Below are positions 43,054-55,845 of a stretch of 64,000 bases of DNA, in pieces. The DNA is from Octopus vulgaris (lineage: Eukaryota), in assembly GCA_951406725.2 (NCBI GenBank), contig OX597823.1, positions 9,300,001 through 9,364,000 on the forward strand, written 5' to 3'. The notes beneath the pieces were generated by a model. That model did no database searches. It was not told the DNA's origin and saw only the letters and a list, made by a program, of their open reading frames with translations. The translations under genes and the position numbers were made by a program. Every line of letters starts with the position of its first letter. Position 1 is the first letter of the stretch.

Positions 43054-43452
43054 CTAGCAGTATAGCCCGGCGTTGCTCGGGTTTGTAAGGGAAATAACTG
43101 TATAAGCATTTTTAGAGATGTAAAGTATAATAGCCATCTCAATATGGCTAGCCACAGAAGTGAGGGGTGTTACTGTAAGTTTTTACGTTCTGAGATTTAA
43201 TAATAAATTTTTAGAGAGTTACTTCCCTTATATATGCCAAAAATCCATTAAAAATGGAATAAAATTCATGGTAAATTTTTTTTTAAATCGTAGACTCATC
43301 GTAGACGCACGCTAATACCCAGAAGGGCTCGATATGAATCACGACTATAAGATATCCGGTTTTGGTTAAAATGCACCGCAAAATGTGGGAGTAGTTAGGA
43401 ATCTAAATCGTGGGAGACAGACAGCACACAACCTCACTTTTATATATAAAGA
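43054..43452 (-). mobile_element. Non-autonomous Helitron
   Basis: Minus strand A|TC start, subterminal hairpin cccg-agcaacgc-cggg, CTAG|T end, no TSD; sister copy at 61554. Confidence 0.88.
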
Positions 43453-43616
43453 TATTGCTTCCATAAACTGTCATATATCTCTGGAGTATTCTATGAAATA
43501 TGGATATATTATCTGCTTGTATGGTTTTTATCTAACTTTGTTTTTTTGGTGAGTGGTGTAGTATGTAGCAGTTGTTCCTTGACGCGAAAGCCTTTGTTTA
43601 ATATAAGAGTTGGAGA

Positions 43617-43952
43617 AGGCGACGAACTGGCAGAAACGTTAGCACGCCGGACGAAATGCTTAGCGGTATTTCGTCTGCCATTACGCTGTGAGTTCAAATT
43701 CCGCCGAAGTCGACTTTGCCTTTCATCCTTTCGGGGTCGATAAATTAAGTACCAGTTACGCACTGGGGTCGATATAAAAACGACTTAATCCGTTTGTTTG
43801 TCCTTGTTTGTCTCCTCTGTGTGTGGCCCCTTGTGGGTAGTAAAGTAAAGAAATAGGTATTTCGTCTACCGTTACGTTCTGAGTTCAAATTTAACCGATG
43901 CCAACTTTGCCTTTCATCCTTTCGTGTTCGATTAACTAAGTACCAGTTGCGC
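43617..43952 (+). mobile_element. SINE family B dimer
   Basis: Full unit, then a restart at gtatttcgtct after the tail gaaatag. Confidence 0.88.
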
Positions 43953-44152
43953 ACATTTATCGCACATTTATCGCATTGTTGTGAAACATTTTGAGAATCG
44001 TGAATGTGTTTGTACACATACATTCGAGGACAGCACCTTCCTCGCCCAACATAAATATACACATAAATATTACATACACACATAATTCCTTATCACTCGC
44101 TGATGAAGGGGTCAGAAAAACAATGTATTAAGTTCAATATTTGATATACATA

Positions 44153-44557
44153 GGCGTAGGAGTGGCTGTGTGGTAAGTAGCTTGCTAACCAACCACATGG
44201 TTCCGGGTGCAGTCCCACTGCGTGGCATCTTGGGCCAGTGTCTTCTGCTATAGCCTCGGCCGACTAATGCCTTGTGAGTGGATTTGGTAGACGGAAACTG
44301 AAAGAAGCCTGTCGTATATATGTATATATGTATGTGTGTGTATATCTTTGTGTGTCTGTGTTTGTCCCCCTAGCATTGCTTGACAACCGATACTGGTGTG
44401 TTTACGTCCCCGTCACTTAGGGGGTTCGGCAAAAGACCGATAGAACAAGTACTAAGCTTGCAAAGAATAAGTCCCGGGGTCGATTTGCTCGACTAATGGC
44501 GGTGCTCCAGCATGGCCGCAGTCAGATGACTGAAACAAGTAAAAGAGTGAAGAGAGT
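44153..44557 (+). mobile_element. SINE family A, full length
   Basis: ggcgtaggagtggctgtgtggtaag head, catcttgggccagtgtctt CORE-like block, internal microsatellite, aaaagag tail. Confidence 0.93.
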
Positions 44558-44726
44558 ATGATTGTCATTAATATTCATATTTCAATCTATTTTCTGCGTC
44601 TCTGTGTTATATAACAATCACATTTGCTTATGGTGTTACTTTTTCTCATTTAATAATCTGATATGCATCGATATGTAGCTTCATTAAAGTTGCCAAAGTA
44701 TCTTTTTCCCACCATCCTTCACTTTA

Positions 44727-44952
44727 TCCATCCATCCACCCATCCATCCATCAACCCATCCCTCCCTCCGCCCTCCGTCCCTCCTTCCATCTATCTATCA
44801 ATCTATCTACCTACCTACCTACCTACCTACCTACCTCCATACATACCTACATACATACATACATACATACATACATACCTATGTATGTATGTATGTATCA
44901 ATCCATCCATCCATCCATCTATCTATATATCTATCTATCTATATATATATAT

Positions 44953-45005
<53 letters not shown>

Positions 45006-45090
45006 AAACTACCTACCTATCTATATATCTATGTATCTATCTATCCATTCATCCATCTATCTATCTATCTATCTATCCATCCATCCATCC

Positions 45091-45138
<48 letters not shown>

Positions 45139-45316
45139 GTGTATCCATCCATCAGTCTATCATCCATCCATCCACCTATCTATCTGTCTATCAAACTCGT
45201 TGTCTATATTTCTCTTTCTCTGTCTCTGTCTCTCTCTCTGTCTGTCTTCTGTATTTACATACATACATACATAAATATATCTATCTATCTATCTATATAT
45301 ATATATATATATATAT
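44727..45316. repeat. Compound tetranucleotide microsatellite (TCCA)/(TACC)/(TACA)/(TCTA)
   Basis: Visible directly. Confidence 0.93.
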
Positions 45317-45956
45317 GCACACATTATATATGCATACACTAACGCACAAACAGAGACACGTACCCCGCCATATTTATTATTGACTGAACGTCTCTTGTTA
45401 TGTTTGCCTGCCAGTCAGCGACAGAAGTGACAAGATAGGATTAATCGAATTGAAATAGGATGTTTACTTTCCGCTCAGCTCGTCTGATGCGATGTGATGA
45501 ATCATAGAAAACTAGAATGATTTTGACAGTAACAATGTCATCAGATTCAACATAAGAGACTTTTGATAGCAGTAACTACTACTGCACTGATATATAATAT
45601 GTTTTCAGAGACCTCATTGACTGTCCAGGAACACGGGTGACTGGGAGTTAGGTAAGTTCATGTTTATGGCGGTATGGTTTCTGAGCCGATCATAAATCTG
45701 ATAAGCAACATGAAATAGAGCTGCCAGCTAGCATGGAATATGCTTTCTTCGTTCACACCAGTTGTCCTATGTACAGGTCTCTAATTGACATCGCATTCAT
45801 CATAGTACATTCACTGTCGGCATGATCCCGAATGATAACATAAGAAGCATACTAAACGTGAGTGTTGGCGTGTGCGTGCGTTGTGTATGTGTGTGTTTGT
45901 GTGTACACGCACACATGCACACGCACGTACACATACACTAAGAACCACAGCTAAAA

Positions 45957-46008
<52 letters not shown>

Positions 46009-46484
46009 ACGTATATATATATATATATATTTATATATGTGTGTGTTTATATATGTATGTATATATATATATATATAGATACATACATATATAAATACAT
46101 ATATATATATAGGCACAAGTATACACACACACATACACACATACACACGTACACACGTACACATGTACACATATATGCTTGAGTACAGGATTTTGGCAAT
46201 GTGATACAAGGCCTGTAGTATAGTATTTAAGGATTTGACATGTTAAAAGAAAAGTAAGATTGCCGCCATGTTCCAAATGCTCCGAAGCAAGAATGTAAAG
46301 AACCCCAGCTTTTTCCAAACATAAGACACTATCTTTAAACACACTTATTTTATACTGAGTAACATTATACGTTTAGAAAGAGATAAGGGTTGAACGAAAA
46401 CTTGCAGTTCGTCCTTCACTCGAAATGGTTGTATGAACGCGAATCCTCGAGATACTAGAAATTTTATTAATGTTGAGCGATATG

Positions 46485-46642
46485 TGTTCGTGTGGGTGTG
46501 TTGTAAGAGACTTGCATCCCAACCCCTTGGTTCTAGGTTCAATAACGCTGCGTGCACCTTGGGCAAGTGTTCTCTACTGTAGTCTCGCGTCGACCAAAAT
46601 CCGGTGAGTGGATCTGGTAAACGGAAATTAAAAGGAGCCTGT

Positions 46643-46697
<55 letters not shown>

Positions 46698-46928
46698 CAT
46701 CTAACCTCGTGAGCACCGCCAGCAATTTTTTTTCCTCTGTCTTCCCTTCCCGGGATCTTTCCTTCTCCTTTGTTTCCGACGAAGAGCTCCGCTCGAAACG
46801 TTAAGCCTTCCTTCTTCCCTTCTTTCCTGAGCGTCCAATAATACTTTATTTGTTCCACGTCCTCGCGTTGCTGTGTTTTTTTGTGTTTTCTTGTTTGGAT
46901 TAACTATATATGAATGTATATATATATG

Positions 46929-46984
<56 letters not shown>

Positions 46985-47175
46985 GTGTGTGTGTGTGTGT
47001 GTGTTTTCTGTCTGTTTTTGTCACCTCGTCATCGTTTGGCTTTGCGGTTCAGCAAACCAAACCGACAGAATAAGTAGCAAGCTTAAAAAGTACGTACGGG
47101 GTTCGATTCATTCGACAAGATATATACAAAGCAGAGCTGTAGCACAACCGCAGTCTAATGCCTGAAACAGATAAA
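46485..47175 (+). mobile_element. Diverged SINE family A split by an insertion into its internal (TA)n
   Basis: 5' half ~46485-46645 (caccttgggcaagtgt), 3' half ~46990-47175. Confidence 0.7.
46772..46806 (+). ncRNA. Minimal type I hammerhead-like motif (U4C variant, extra A after A9)
   Basis: GUUU-CCGACGA-A-GAGC-ucc-GCUC-GAAACGUU-AAGC; helix III is the palindrome ACGU; sits in a 214-bp insert (46694-46907) between (TA)n tracts. Confidence 0.55.
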
Positions 47176-47794
47176 ATATATGCATACACACGCACATACA
47201 CACATACACACACACAAACACACACACACACACACACACATGTCGCATTGCTAACTGTTGTAGTGGGTTTTATGCGTCAATTCTGGAATTCTATGACGTG
47301 GTAACGTGCGGAAGTAATTATTTTGCTGAGTATGGATTCTCTGTGTTAAATATGGAAATCAATTATATACAATGATTTCCGTTATGTCGCTGATGCCATC
47401 CCGCGACTTGCTGATAATGTAATCATCGCCACCCGTTCTGTGTGACAATCACTACTTCAGTGCTATCTCCGACTCGAAAAAATATGCAATCAATTCTAGC
47501 AACGTTATTATCAATTAAACTAGAATCGCCTCCAACTCCACTTAAAATCAATGTTTAAGCATAAAAGGCAAATATTAATCCACCAGTGCCGCCACAAAAA
47601 AAATAAAATAATAAGCCAGCTGCAACTCCACCATCAGTATCAGGAACACGGTCATCCCCAGCATCACTGCACGCTCACCATCACTATTAGGACCACGGTC
47701 ATCTCAACCTCCGTCACCAGCGTCACCACTACTAACACCATTCCTACTATCACGTGGCCGATGACGATAGCCCCCTACTGCTATGGGGACTACC

Positions 47795-48503
47795 CACCAC
47801 CGCCACCATCACGACAACCAGCTCCACAAATACTACAGTCACCACCACCACCATCGATACCACCACCACCACCACACCACCACCACAACCACCACCACCA
47901 CCATTGATACCACGACAAGTAGGAGGACCATGCTGGATATAATTACCACGACGACGACTATCCACCATCACCATCAGCACCACCACAAGCACCACCAGCA
48001 GCAGCACCACCACCATCACCACGACTACCACCACTACTACCACCACCACCGCCAACACTAACACTACCACCACTACCACCACCACCACCACCACTACCAC
48101 TACCACCACTACCAATACCACCACCACCACCACCACTACCACCACCACTACCACCACTACCACCACCACCACCACTATCACCACCATCACCACCACTACC
48201 ACCACTACCACCACCACCACCACTACCAACACCACCACCAGCATCACAACCACTACCACCACTACGACCACTACCACCACCACCACTACCACCACCACCA
48301 CTACCACCACTACCACCACTACCACCACCACAACCACCACCACCACCACCACCACCACTACCACCACTACCACCACCACCACCACTACCAACACCACCAC
48401 CACCAGCATCACAACCACTACCACCACTACCACCACTACCACCACCACCACTACCACCACCACCACCACTACCACCACTACCACCACTACCACCACCACC
48501 ACC

Positions 48504-48535
<32 letters not shown>

Positions 48536-48540
48536 CAACA
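47795..48540. repeat. Imperfect (CAC)n/(CTA)n/(CAA)n microsatellite
   Basis: Visible directly; source of the poly-V ORF. Confidence 0.95.
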
Positions 48541-48581
48541 ATGTAACACTATGCTAGACTTTCACTAAAATGGCTGCTATT

Positions 48582-48810
48582 CTCTTTACTCTTTTATTGT
48601 TTCACTCATTTGACTGCGGTCATGCTGGAGCACCGCCTTTAGTCGAGCAAATCGCCCCCAAGACTTATTCATTATAAGCCTAGTACTTATTCTATCGGTC
48701 TCTTTCGCCGAACTGCTAAGTTATGGGTACGTAAACACACCAACATCGGTTGTCAAGCGATGTTGGGGGGAACAAACACAGAAACACACATACACGCACA
48801 CACACACGCG

Positions 48811-48856
<46 letters not shown>

Positions 48857-49021
48857 TACGACGGGCTTCTTTCAGTTTCCGTCTACCAAATCCACTCACA
48901 AGGCTTTCGTCAGCCGGAGGCTATAGTTGAAGACACTTGCTCAAGGTGCCACGCAGTGGGACTGAACCCGGAACTATGTGGTTCGTAAGCAAGCTACTTA
49001 CCTCACAGCCACTCCTACGCC
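48582..49021 (-). mobile_element. SINE family A, full length
   Basis: Reverse complement of the 44153 copy. Confidence 0.93.
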
Positions 49022-50058
49022 TATCAATATTTATATTGCAAGATCTCTTCCATCACCGTCCGCATTATCACAATTGCACCCACCGTTCTTACCAATAGTC
49101 GCTGTTTATAATTTTCACTTGCAGCGAAGATGCTGTAAACGGAATACAGAATTCACACTAGCATCAACGAAATATTTTCCTCCAGAACAGTATCTTTCAC
49201 ACAATCTTCGCTGTTGACCAATCTAATCAGCGTGATTTATTTTATTCTATTGATATATTTGCGTGGGATGTTCTGTAACCCCATATCTGAAGTCTATTAA
49301 ATTATTAGCACTTTGCAGAAATGAGCATGCAACAGACACCATAAATATACTTATACTTCACAAACTATAGAAGAAAAACCGAGCGAATTCTCTGGTTTCA
49401 CTTTCAGTTTCACAGCTTCACAAACAACACGCCACATCCATAAATTTCAAAGCTTTTCTTTCATGCTTTTAGACGTATTATTTGATCAAGTATTTTTTTT
49501 TCTACCTCAGTTTAACTCCGGCACAGACAAAACGTGATATTTCTGTCGGACAACGTTCTTCGTTCTTAAATCATCCACTCCTGTTTATTATCTCTTTCTA
49601 TCCTTTTCCATTTCGCTTAATTTTTTTTTTTTTCATTTGTCAATTTCTAGACACATATTTATCCAATTCCTTTTGCTTCACTAAATCAGCTGCCCACAGC
49701 CCTGCCAGTTCCAAGTGTTTGGTATATTTTGTTTTGAAATATATTTATCGATTGGCATGGATATTGATTTATCATCAGCATTGTGATAGTGGTGATAATG
49801 ATGCATCATTGCTATCCTCCTCTTCCTCCCCTTCTTCCTCCTCCTCCACCTCCTCCTCATCCTCCTCCTCCTCCTCATCCACTGTCAATCTTTTTCTAAC
49901 AAAATTGACAATTGTTCATATAACTGAGTGTATTAATATATTGCAATACTGTTTCTGTATTTCACTATACACACACACACACACACACTTGCACAATTAT
50001 GTATGTATATTTATATATATATATTATATATATCTATATGGCGTATGCATATATACAT

Positions 50059-50103
<45 letters not shown>

Positions 50104-50135
50104 AAATATGGTATAGTTATATATAAAATATGGTA

Positions 50136-50186
<51 letters not shown>

Positions 50187-50882
50187 TATGGTACAATTAT
50201 AAACAGAGCAAATTTTAGTTATTTCTCCGCAGACGGAAATAAATGACTTTAGAGCCTTATTGGGGTCTCATCATAGGCATCTACATCATTCTGACAATCT
50301 GCAGAGAAACAAACAGCCAAACTTTTTATATGCTGAGCAAATGCAGCTGTCACTCTCTGAAGGAGTCCCTAATTTGCACAGCGAAAGTGTTTAACACTCA
50401 ATAAATACCAGCAGCCTGTAGGCATACCTATATCTTTCGTTCAGTGATGGTTCCTTTAAAAATGTTGGGTTAAAAGCCACAGTATGCTTGAAGACCAAGC
50501 GCAACGAATCGCTCCGGAGGAAAACGAAAATGGCTGTTATCGATACGTTGCTGTTGCACGTTAGCTGGCAGATTTTGTCTTATTTGTACACGCTTCAGAC
50601 CAAACAATTCGAATTTGCTTCGAGGATGAATAGAATATAAAGTATTGATGACAGAAAAAGGAAAAGAATGCGAAATATCGATATCTCTCGTTTTCGTTCA
50701 CGTCCGGGCCGTTAGGTTTCGTGTAGCATTGAAGTATACGGGGTCTTTTTGTTTTTAAATTTTCAGCATCTATAAAGCGAGATTCTGTTTAGATCATGGC
50801 TCTTCACCAGAAAGAGGAAAGTGGAATGGTGCGGAGTGAACAGTCGGAGAAAAGCACGTGTACACAAAAACACATACACACA

Positions 50883-50942
<60 letters not shown>

Positions 50943-51005
50943 GCTCCGTGTGAGCAGTCATCTAAAAGTTTTTCGTGCATTTTGATGTTGACATAGGTTC
51001 CTTGC

Positions 51006-51088
51006 TTTTCCTGATGAGAAAGCGGCATAATGTACTCCTCATTCCTTCGCAATTAGAAATATGCAGCCTTCGAAACATATGTCGAAAA
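51006..51088 (+). ncRNA. Type I hammerhead ribozyme, canonical core
   Basis: Helix I UUUUC/GAAAA; CUGAUGA 51011-51017; helix II gaaagcggcata/tatgcagccttc (10 of 12 pairs, G-C closing); GAAA 51072-51075; helix III palindrome ACAUAUGU; GUC with predicted cleavage after C51083. Confidence 0.8.
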
Positions 51089-52418
51089 TAAATGAATTTT
51101 GTTAATTCGTCGTTCAACTCCATTCTGTCATATATTTATATTTTTAAAATAAACATACAAATTTCCCAACGAAAGCACGTAATCTATGCCCTAGGCACGT
51201 AACTTCAACTGTGTTTTTTTCTGATGTGAATTTGCTACCCAGGTATCGGTTAATTCGAATTATCCATAATAAGATAATTCATTCAACTACTCAAATATTT
51301 ATATACATAAATGTGTATATATATATACTGAAAGTGAAAGACAGAGATAGTATTGCAATATATTGATACACATTCAGCACCTCTTTTCATCTACATACCA
51401 GCACTCCACCCGGATTATCACCGGATCTACCACTGGAGAATGAACAAAGAGAGCATGAAAAATATTTGGAGACCTAGCGGTCCAGCATGATTTTTTAATA
51501 GAAAAAAATTGAAAGAAGGGGAGATAATAAAAAGAGAGGTTGAAAGAAAGTGAAGGTGCGCGTGCGTCGTATGTGAGAATAGTGTGTTTGTGGGAATAAA
51601 GACTAGTGACTCTGACGTGTGAGAGTGTCTGCGTGTATGTGTTCGTCTGTAACATGTGTGTGTAGCAGTTGAGATTTGCTTTTTCACGTGGTATGTTTAC
51701 ACGTGAGTCTGTGTGTTTGTATGTACGTCTGTGAATATGTATGCTGTATATATGTGGGCGGAAGTTATATAGTAGTATGTGTAGTGACGCTATTGAAGAT
51801 TGTGAGTGGGGGTGTGAATGATGGTGTGTGGTGTGTGTGTTGGGAAGTGGTCAGTACTATTAGTAGTGCGTGTGGAGTAGTCTGGGATGGTATTTAGTTC
51901 TCTTTCTTTCAAACTGTTTTCCTAAAAATTCGCTATGCTGGACCACTAAATCTACAAGCCCTTTTCATTCTCTCTCTTATACCATTCTGTTGAGGAGAGT
52001 AGGCTCAAAACATAAAAGACGTTTTCATTTTCCCGAGCGTCAAACACTTGCTTGTTGTTCATACACCCGTCTTCGTCTTTTGATTTTCTTTAAATTTCAA
52101 CTCTCTAAATGTGTGTGTGGGTGGGTGTGTGTGTGTGTGTGTGTGCGTATGTATACGTGTATGTGTGTATATTAGAAGTAAAATTTTATAGGAAGAAACT
52201 ATTTACAAGATTAGTAACTGTTGGTGCGTTCTAAAAGTAAAGCACGCCTTACTCTTTGGCATGCTGGGTTTGTCTCAGGTTTATAAAACGGATACATACC
52301 GTTTCGAGGTAGTCAAACTTAATTCAATAAGCAAAAGGATGAGTTGATTGAACAGTAGAATACTCATCGCCGAAACTGAGTGAGACCCACTGACTGATCG
52401 TATCATATACATACATAT

Positions 52419-52449
<31 letters not shown>

Positions 52450-52717
52450 TATGGGTGCGTGTGAGTGTGTGTCTCTGTATCAAGTATATGTATAGGTATG
52501 TGTGTATGTTAGAATTTGTGTGATTCGAAGAATATATAAATAAATCAAGCAGAGATGTCTGGTAGTTAAGTCTCATATGATGTTTTTCATGCATGTTATG
52601 TGTATTTGTATACGAGCAACTATGTGTATATGTATACACGCACATGCATCCATATAATTGTATAGCAATGGAAAATAGAGAGAGAGAGAGGGATGGAGCG
52701 ATAGTGAGAGAAAAGAA

Positions 52718-52757
<40 letters not shown>

Positions 52758-53099
52758 AGCTACATAGATTAAATGTGATATATACATGTCCGAGTTGATG
52801 TACATTCGCAGGAGTATTTATTTACTTAGGCTAATAATAGCTGAGTTTCATTTCCTCGTATAATTCACAATGACCACAAAGCACATACCATATCCTGACA
52901 TGACATTGAGATAATAGTAACCAGCATTACAACACTACTGGCCATTACGTCTCTCAGCTCTCATCCTCTTCTTTCTTTCTTATGCATTTTCTTTTCGTTG
53001 ACTTTCCTGCAGGTTGTTTTCATTTATTTTATATTCATCCATGACGCATCATTTTGCTGTTGCACAATCTTCTTTGTATTGTATGATACTGAGTCAATA

Positions 53100-53680
53100 T
53101 GTTATAAAACACGCACAAATACTAATACTAATACTAATACAAAGAATAATGAAAGCAAACAAAAGAAAACTGATTAGTGTAATAATGCTTCATGAAGAAA
53201 TGAAACAAAAACTTCTTTATATAAAACGAAACAATAAAAATACAAACTAGAAGCTGATTAAACTGAAGACAAAAAAAGGTTTAGATAAGGTACATAGCAA
53301 CAAGGAAGTAGAGAAGTTAAGAAGCAACAATAAAACACAAAATTAGAATAGAATTGTGAAAGATACTAAAGAAACCGAATGGAGAAAAAAGCATTTCCAT
53401 TGCCAATATTCCATATGATGTGACAGAGAATTACTAAGTCAGCCTGATAGCTGATAAAAAATTTCTGGACTCAGTGTGGAAAAGGAAATTCTACACAGGA
53501 TCAATATGTAAGCCTAAAAAGAAATTACTACATCAATGTAATGAAACAAAAGGATATCATCAATTGAGAACGATGCAATTAGCACTGTATCTACTCTCCT
53601 CATTCACTACATGTTACTATAACATAACTAATGTTCGACTGAAGATATTCTACAGGGTAGAAATATAGGCTCAATCTTCC
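53100..53680 (+). mobile_element. Possible heavily decayed Penelope-like element ending in a hammerhead-like core
   Basis: A-rich broken frames with IANIPY and KFYTGSICKPKKKLLHQ (resembles the GIY-YIG YIG..R....R..H half-motif), then CUGAAGA-uauuc-uaca-gggua-GAAA at 53639-53663. Confidence 0.3.
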
Positions 53681-54305
53681 AGTTGCCGTCTTCTATGATT
53701 TTATATATATCTCCGTGACGATGAGGAAATGAGCCTCCTTCTAATGTTCAGGTATACACTCTTGGTGTACACACGATTCAAAAGTTGCGATGAAACACCT
53801 TTGTACAGAGGCAAGACCCACAATTTTTATTCTGATCTCCATTTGAAAAATCATTAAGCACGAGTGATTTTGTGAATCATGATGCCAGTTAGTGGAGGTT
53901 GGGTGTTGCCCGAAATCCCATAAGAATCCACCCCTTGTGCTACAAATGACGATTAGTATTTGAACAAGGAAGCATTGCCTAATCCCTTGACATGGATTAA
54001 TTCTGTTCTTCGAAATGCACATGTTACACTTGTATTCAAACGCCTGAAATGTTTACCTTTTGGAAGCTATCATTCAGTTGTCTCAGTACTATGATTTGCT
54101 TGACCTTCGCACAGAAGCATTTGTGTTTGTTTAAAGTGCTGGATGAGAGATTTTGCAGAAGGGTCATATCTATGATATTCAGGAATATAACTGCGTTGAA
54201 GCTCCAATCATACCCTTCAACGATATGCTGTTCTTTGTATTAATGATTTGTAGGTACGTGGTATTTTGTTATGCAACCATAATATACTATAAAATATATT
54301 ATACC

Positions 54306-54493
54306 TTATTTGTTAATGTTATTTCTACAGATATGCTATAGAAATTATAGCTAGCACTGAATTTTGCGCCTACGTTTCGTATACGAGACATCAGATGTAT
54401 ACAAACAATGAGATAGAAGATGAAAAATGGGAAATGGACTATATGCCATATTTCGGGGATTTTTCCCCTTCATCAGCAGCCATCTAACCCATT
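54306..54493 (-). repeat. Left arm of a diverged ~190-bp inverted repeat carrying a hammerhead-like motif
   Basis: Reverse complement of 55656-55845; minus strand reads auggcug-CUGAUGA-A-GGGGA-aaaa-UCCCC-GAAAUAUGGCAUA-uaguccau (54483-54434). Confidence 0.8.
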
Positions 54494-54662
54494 AATCATA
54501 ATTACTCGGGCACATTGCTCAAGTAGCCACTACATATAGCGGCGTAAAGTTATTGGATGACTAATGGTGTAATTGAAGTGAAGGTTTAGATACCTGTGGA
54601 GTATCTCCTTCTCCCATTATAATTGTTTTGCAGTTTCAAGGAGCTGGAACGGGTCGCCGATT

Positions 54663-55598
54663 TGTGACGTCAGTGCGAAGCGAGGTGATGAAAATGGCTC
54701 CTTTGTAGATCACACGGTCGATACAATAAATATAAAAAAGAATAATGCATATATGTGCCAGAGGGAAATAAGAGACACAGCCGGGTAGAATGTTTAAGAG
54801 AATATTTATTGATATGTCAACATGTGTGATTGTGTGAGCGTCATATATACAGAATAATAGACGGGCCGTCATGAGGATATGATGTATGCATGTGTATGTA
54901 AACATAGACGTTTGCATGTTAAGAACATATAAGGATGGCGATGGAGAAGAGGCAGTGAAAGAGTTTGTAGCCATCGAAGTGAGGAGTAAGGTCATAGATA
55001 CAAGAATGTTAAACACCAGTTCGTATCCAATTGTAAACGACAGTTGAAATACTGTATGAAGTTGCAGCGATGATGCAAAGCCGGTTGCGGTACATGTCGT
55101 ACGTGAAGTTGTGGCTATGATGCTGCTGCTGCTGCCTGGGTCACTTGATACAAGTGTTCTCGCAGGTTGTGTATTCGCTGCTGATCCATGGTGAAGTAAT
55201 TCACGAACAGTGCAGTGTTGTGACCAGTGCGAGTACATAGAGAAATGTTGACGTGGCGACGGAGATAGAGGTTGCTGTGATGCTGTTGGACGAAGTTGGT
55301 GAGTCCCACGAGGTTGTGTTGTGGCTCCGAACTGACGGTATCTTGTGTGGTCAGAAGCCAGACCTTAAAAGGTCTGGAACCGAATGACGTCGAGACGAGG
55401 AAAAGTTAGGGTTTTTATAAGGAGTTGTAGGCTCAGCTGAGAAAGAAAAACAGGCTGTCACACGTGACGTGATCTGAAGGCTGCGGTTGATTGGGCTGCA
55501 TATTGGCACGCGATAGAGCAACAGAAAAATTGCGCCAATACCAACCAATCAGAGTAGTGGACACAACAGGGACCAAAGGCTGGCTGTTATCTACTACG
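54663..55598 (-). mobile_element. Probable LTR of a Ty3/Gypsy-like element with a decayed primer-binding site
   Basis: Minus strand (c)gtag...tcaca ends, CCAAT boxes, TATAAAA (55419-55413), AATAAA (54810-54805), followed by aa-t(c)ggcgacccg resembling a TGGCGACCC PBS. Confidence 0.45.
55382..55549 (-). promoter_or_regulatory. Pol II core promoter-like cluster
   Basis: Four CCAAT/ATTGG boxes (~55490, 55502, 55535, 55545), overlapping CACGTG/TGACGT (~55461-55470), TATAAAA, Inr-like TCATTC about 34 nt downstream of TATA. Confidence 0.5.
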
Positions 55599-55655
55599 TT
55601 CGTATGTATGTATATATAATAGAGAGGAGAGGGATTTCACTCAAGTGTACGCTAC

Positions 55656-55845
55656 AATGGGATAGATGGTTGCTGATGAAGGTATAAACCCCCAGGAAAT
55701 ATGGCATAATCGCTCATTACCTATTTTTCATCTTCGATCACAGTTTTTGTTTACATCCGGCGTCTTGTTTACGAAACGTAATACCATAAACCACTGCTGG
55801 TTATACTTTCTATATCATATCTGTAAAAGTAACCTCAACAAATAA
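55656..55845 (+). repeat. Right arm of the inverted repeat, hammerhead-like motif more decayed
   Basis: gatggttg-CTGATGA-aggtataaacccccag-GAAAtatggcata; aligns to the reverse complement of 54306-54493. Confidence 0.78.

Noticed and set aside
44095-44135. gctgatgaagggg resembling the 54470 hammerhead start
   Set aside because: No helix II partner strand and no UH site or helix I
45510-45550. Minus-strand CUGAUGA with flanking gaat/attc
   Set aside because: No GAAA and no helix III; likely chance
45609-45651. Exon-like segment with tttcag acceptor and gtaagt donor
   Set aside because: Stop codons in all three frames; only a UTR or non-coding exon is possible and there is no support for one
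54636-55238. 200-aa minus-strand ORF
   Set aside because: No recognisable domain; lies within a probable LTR
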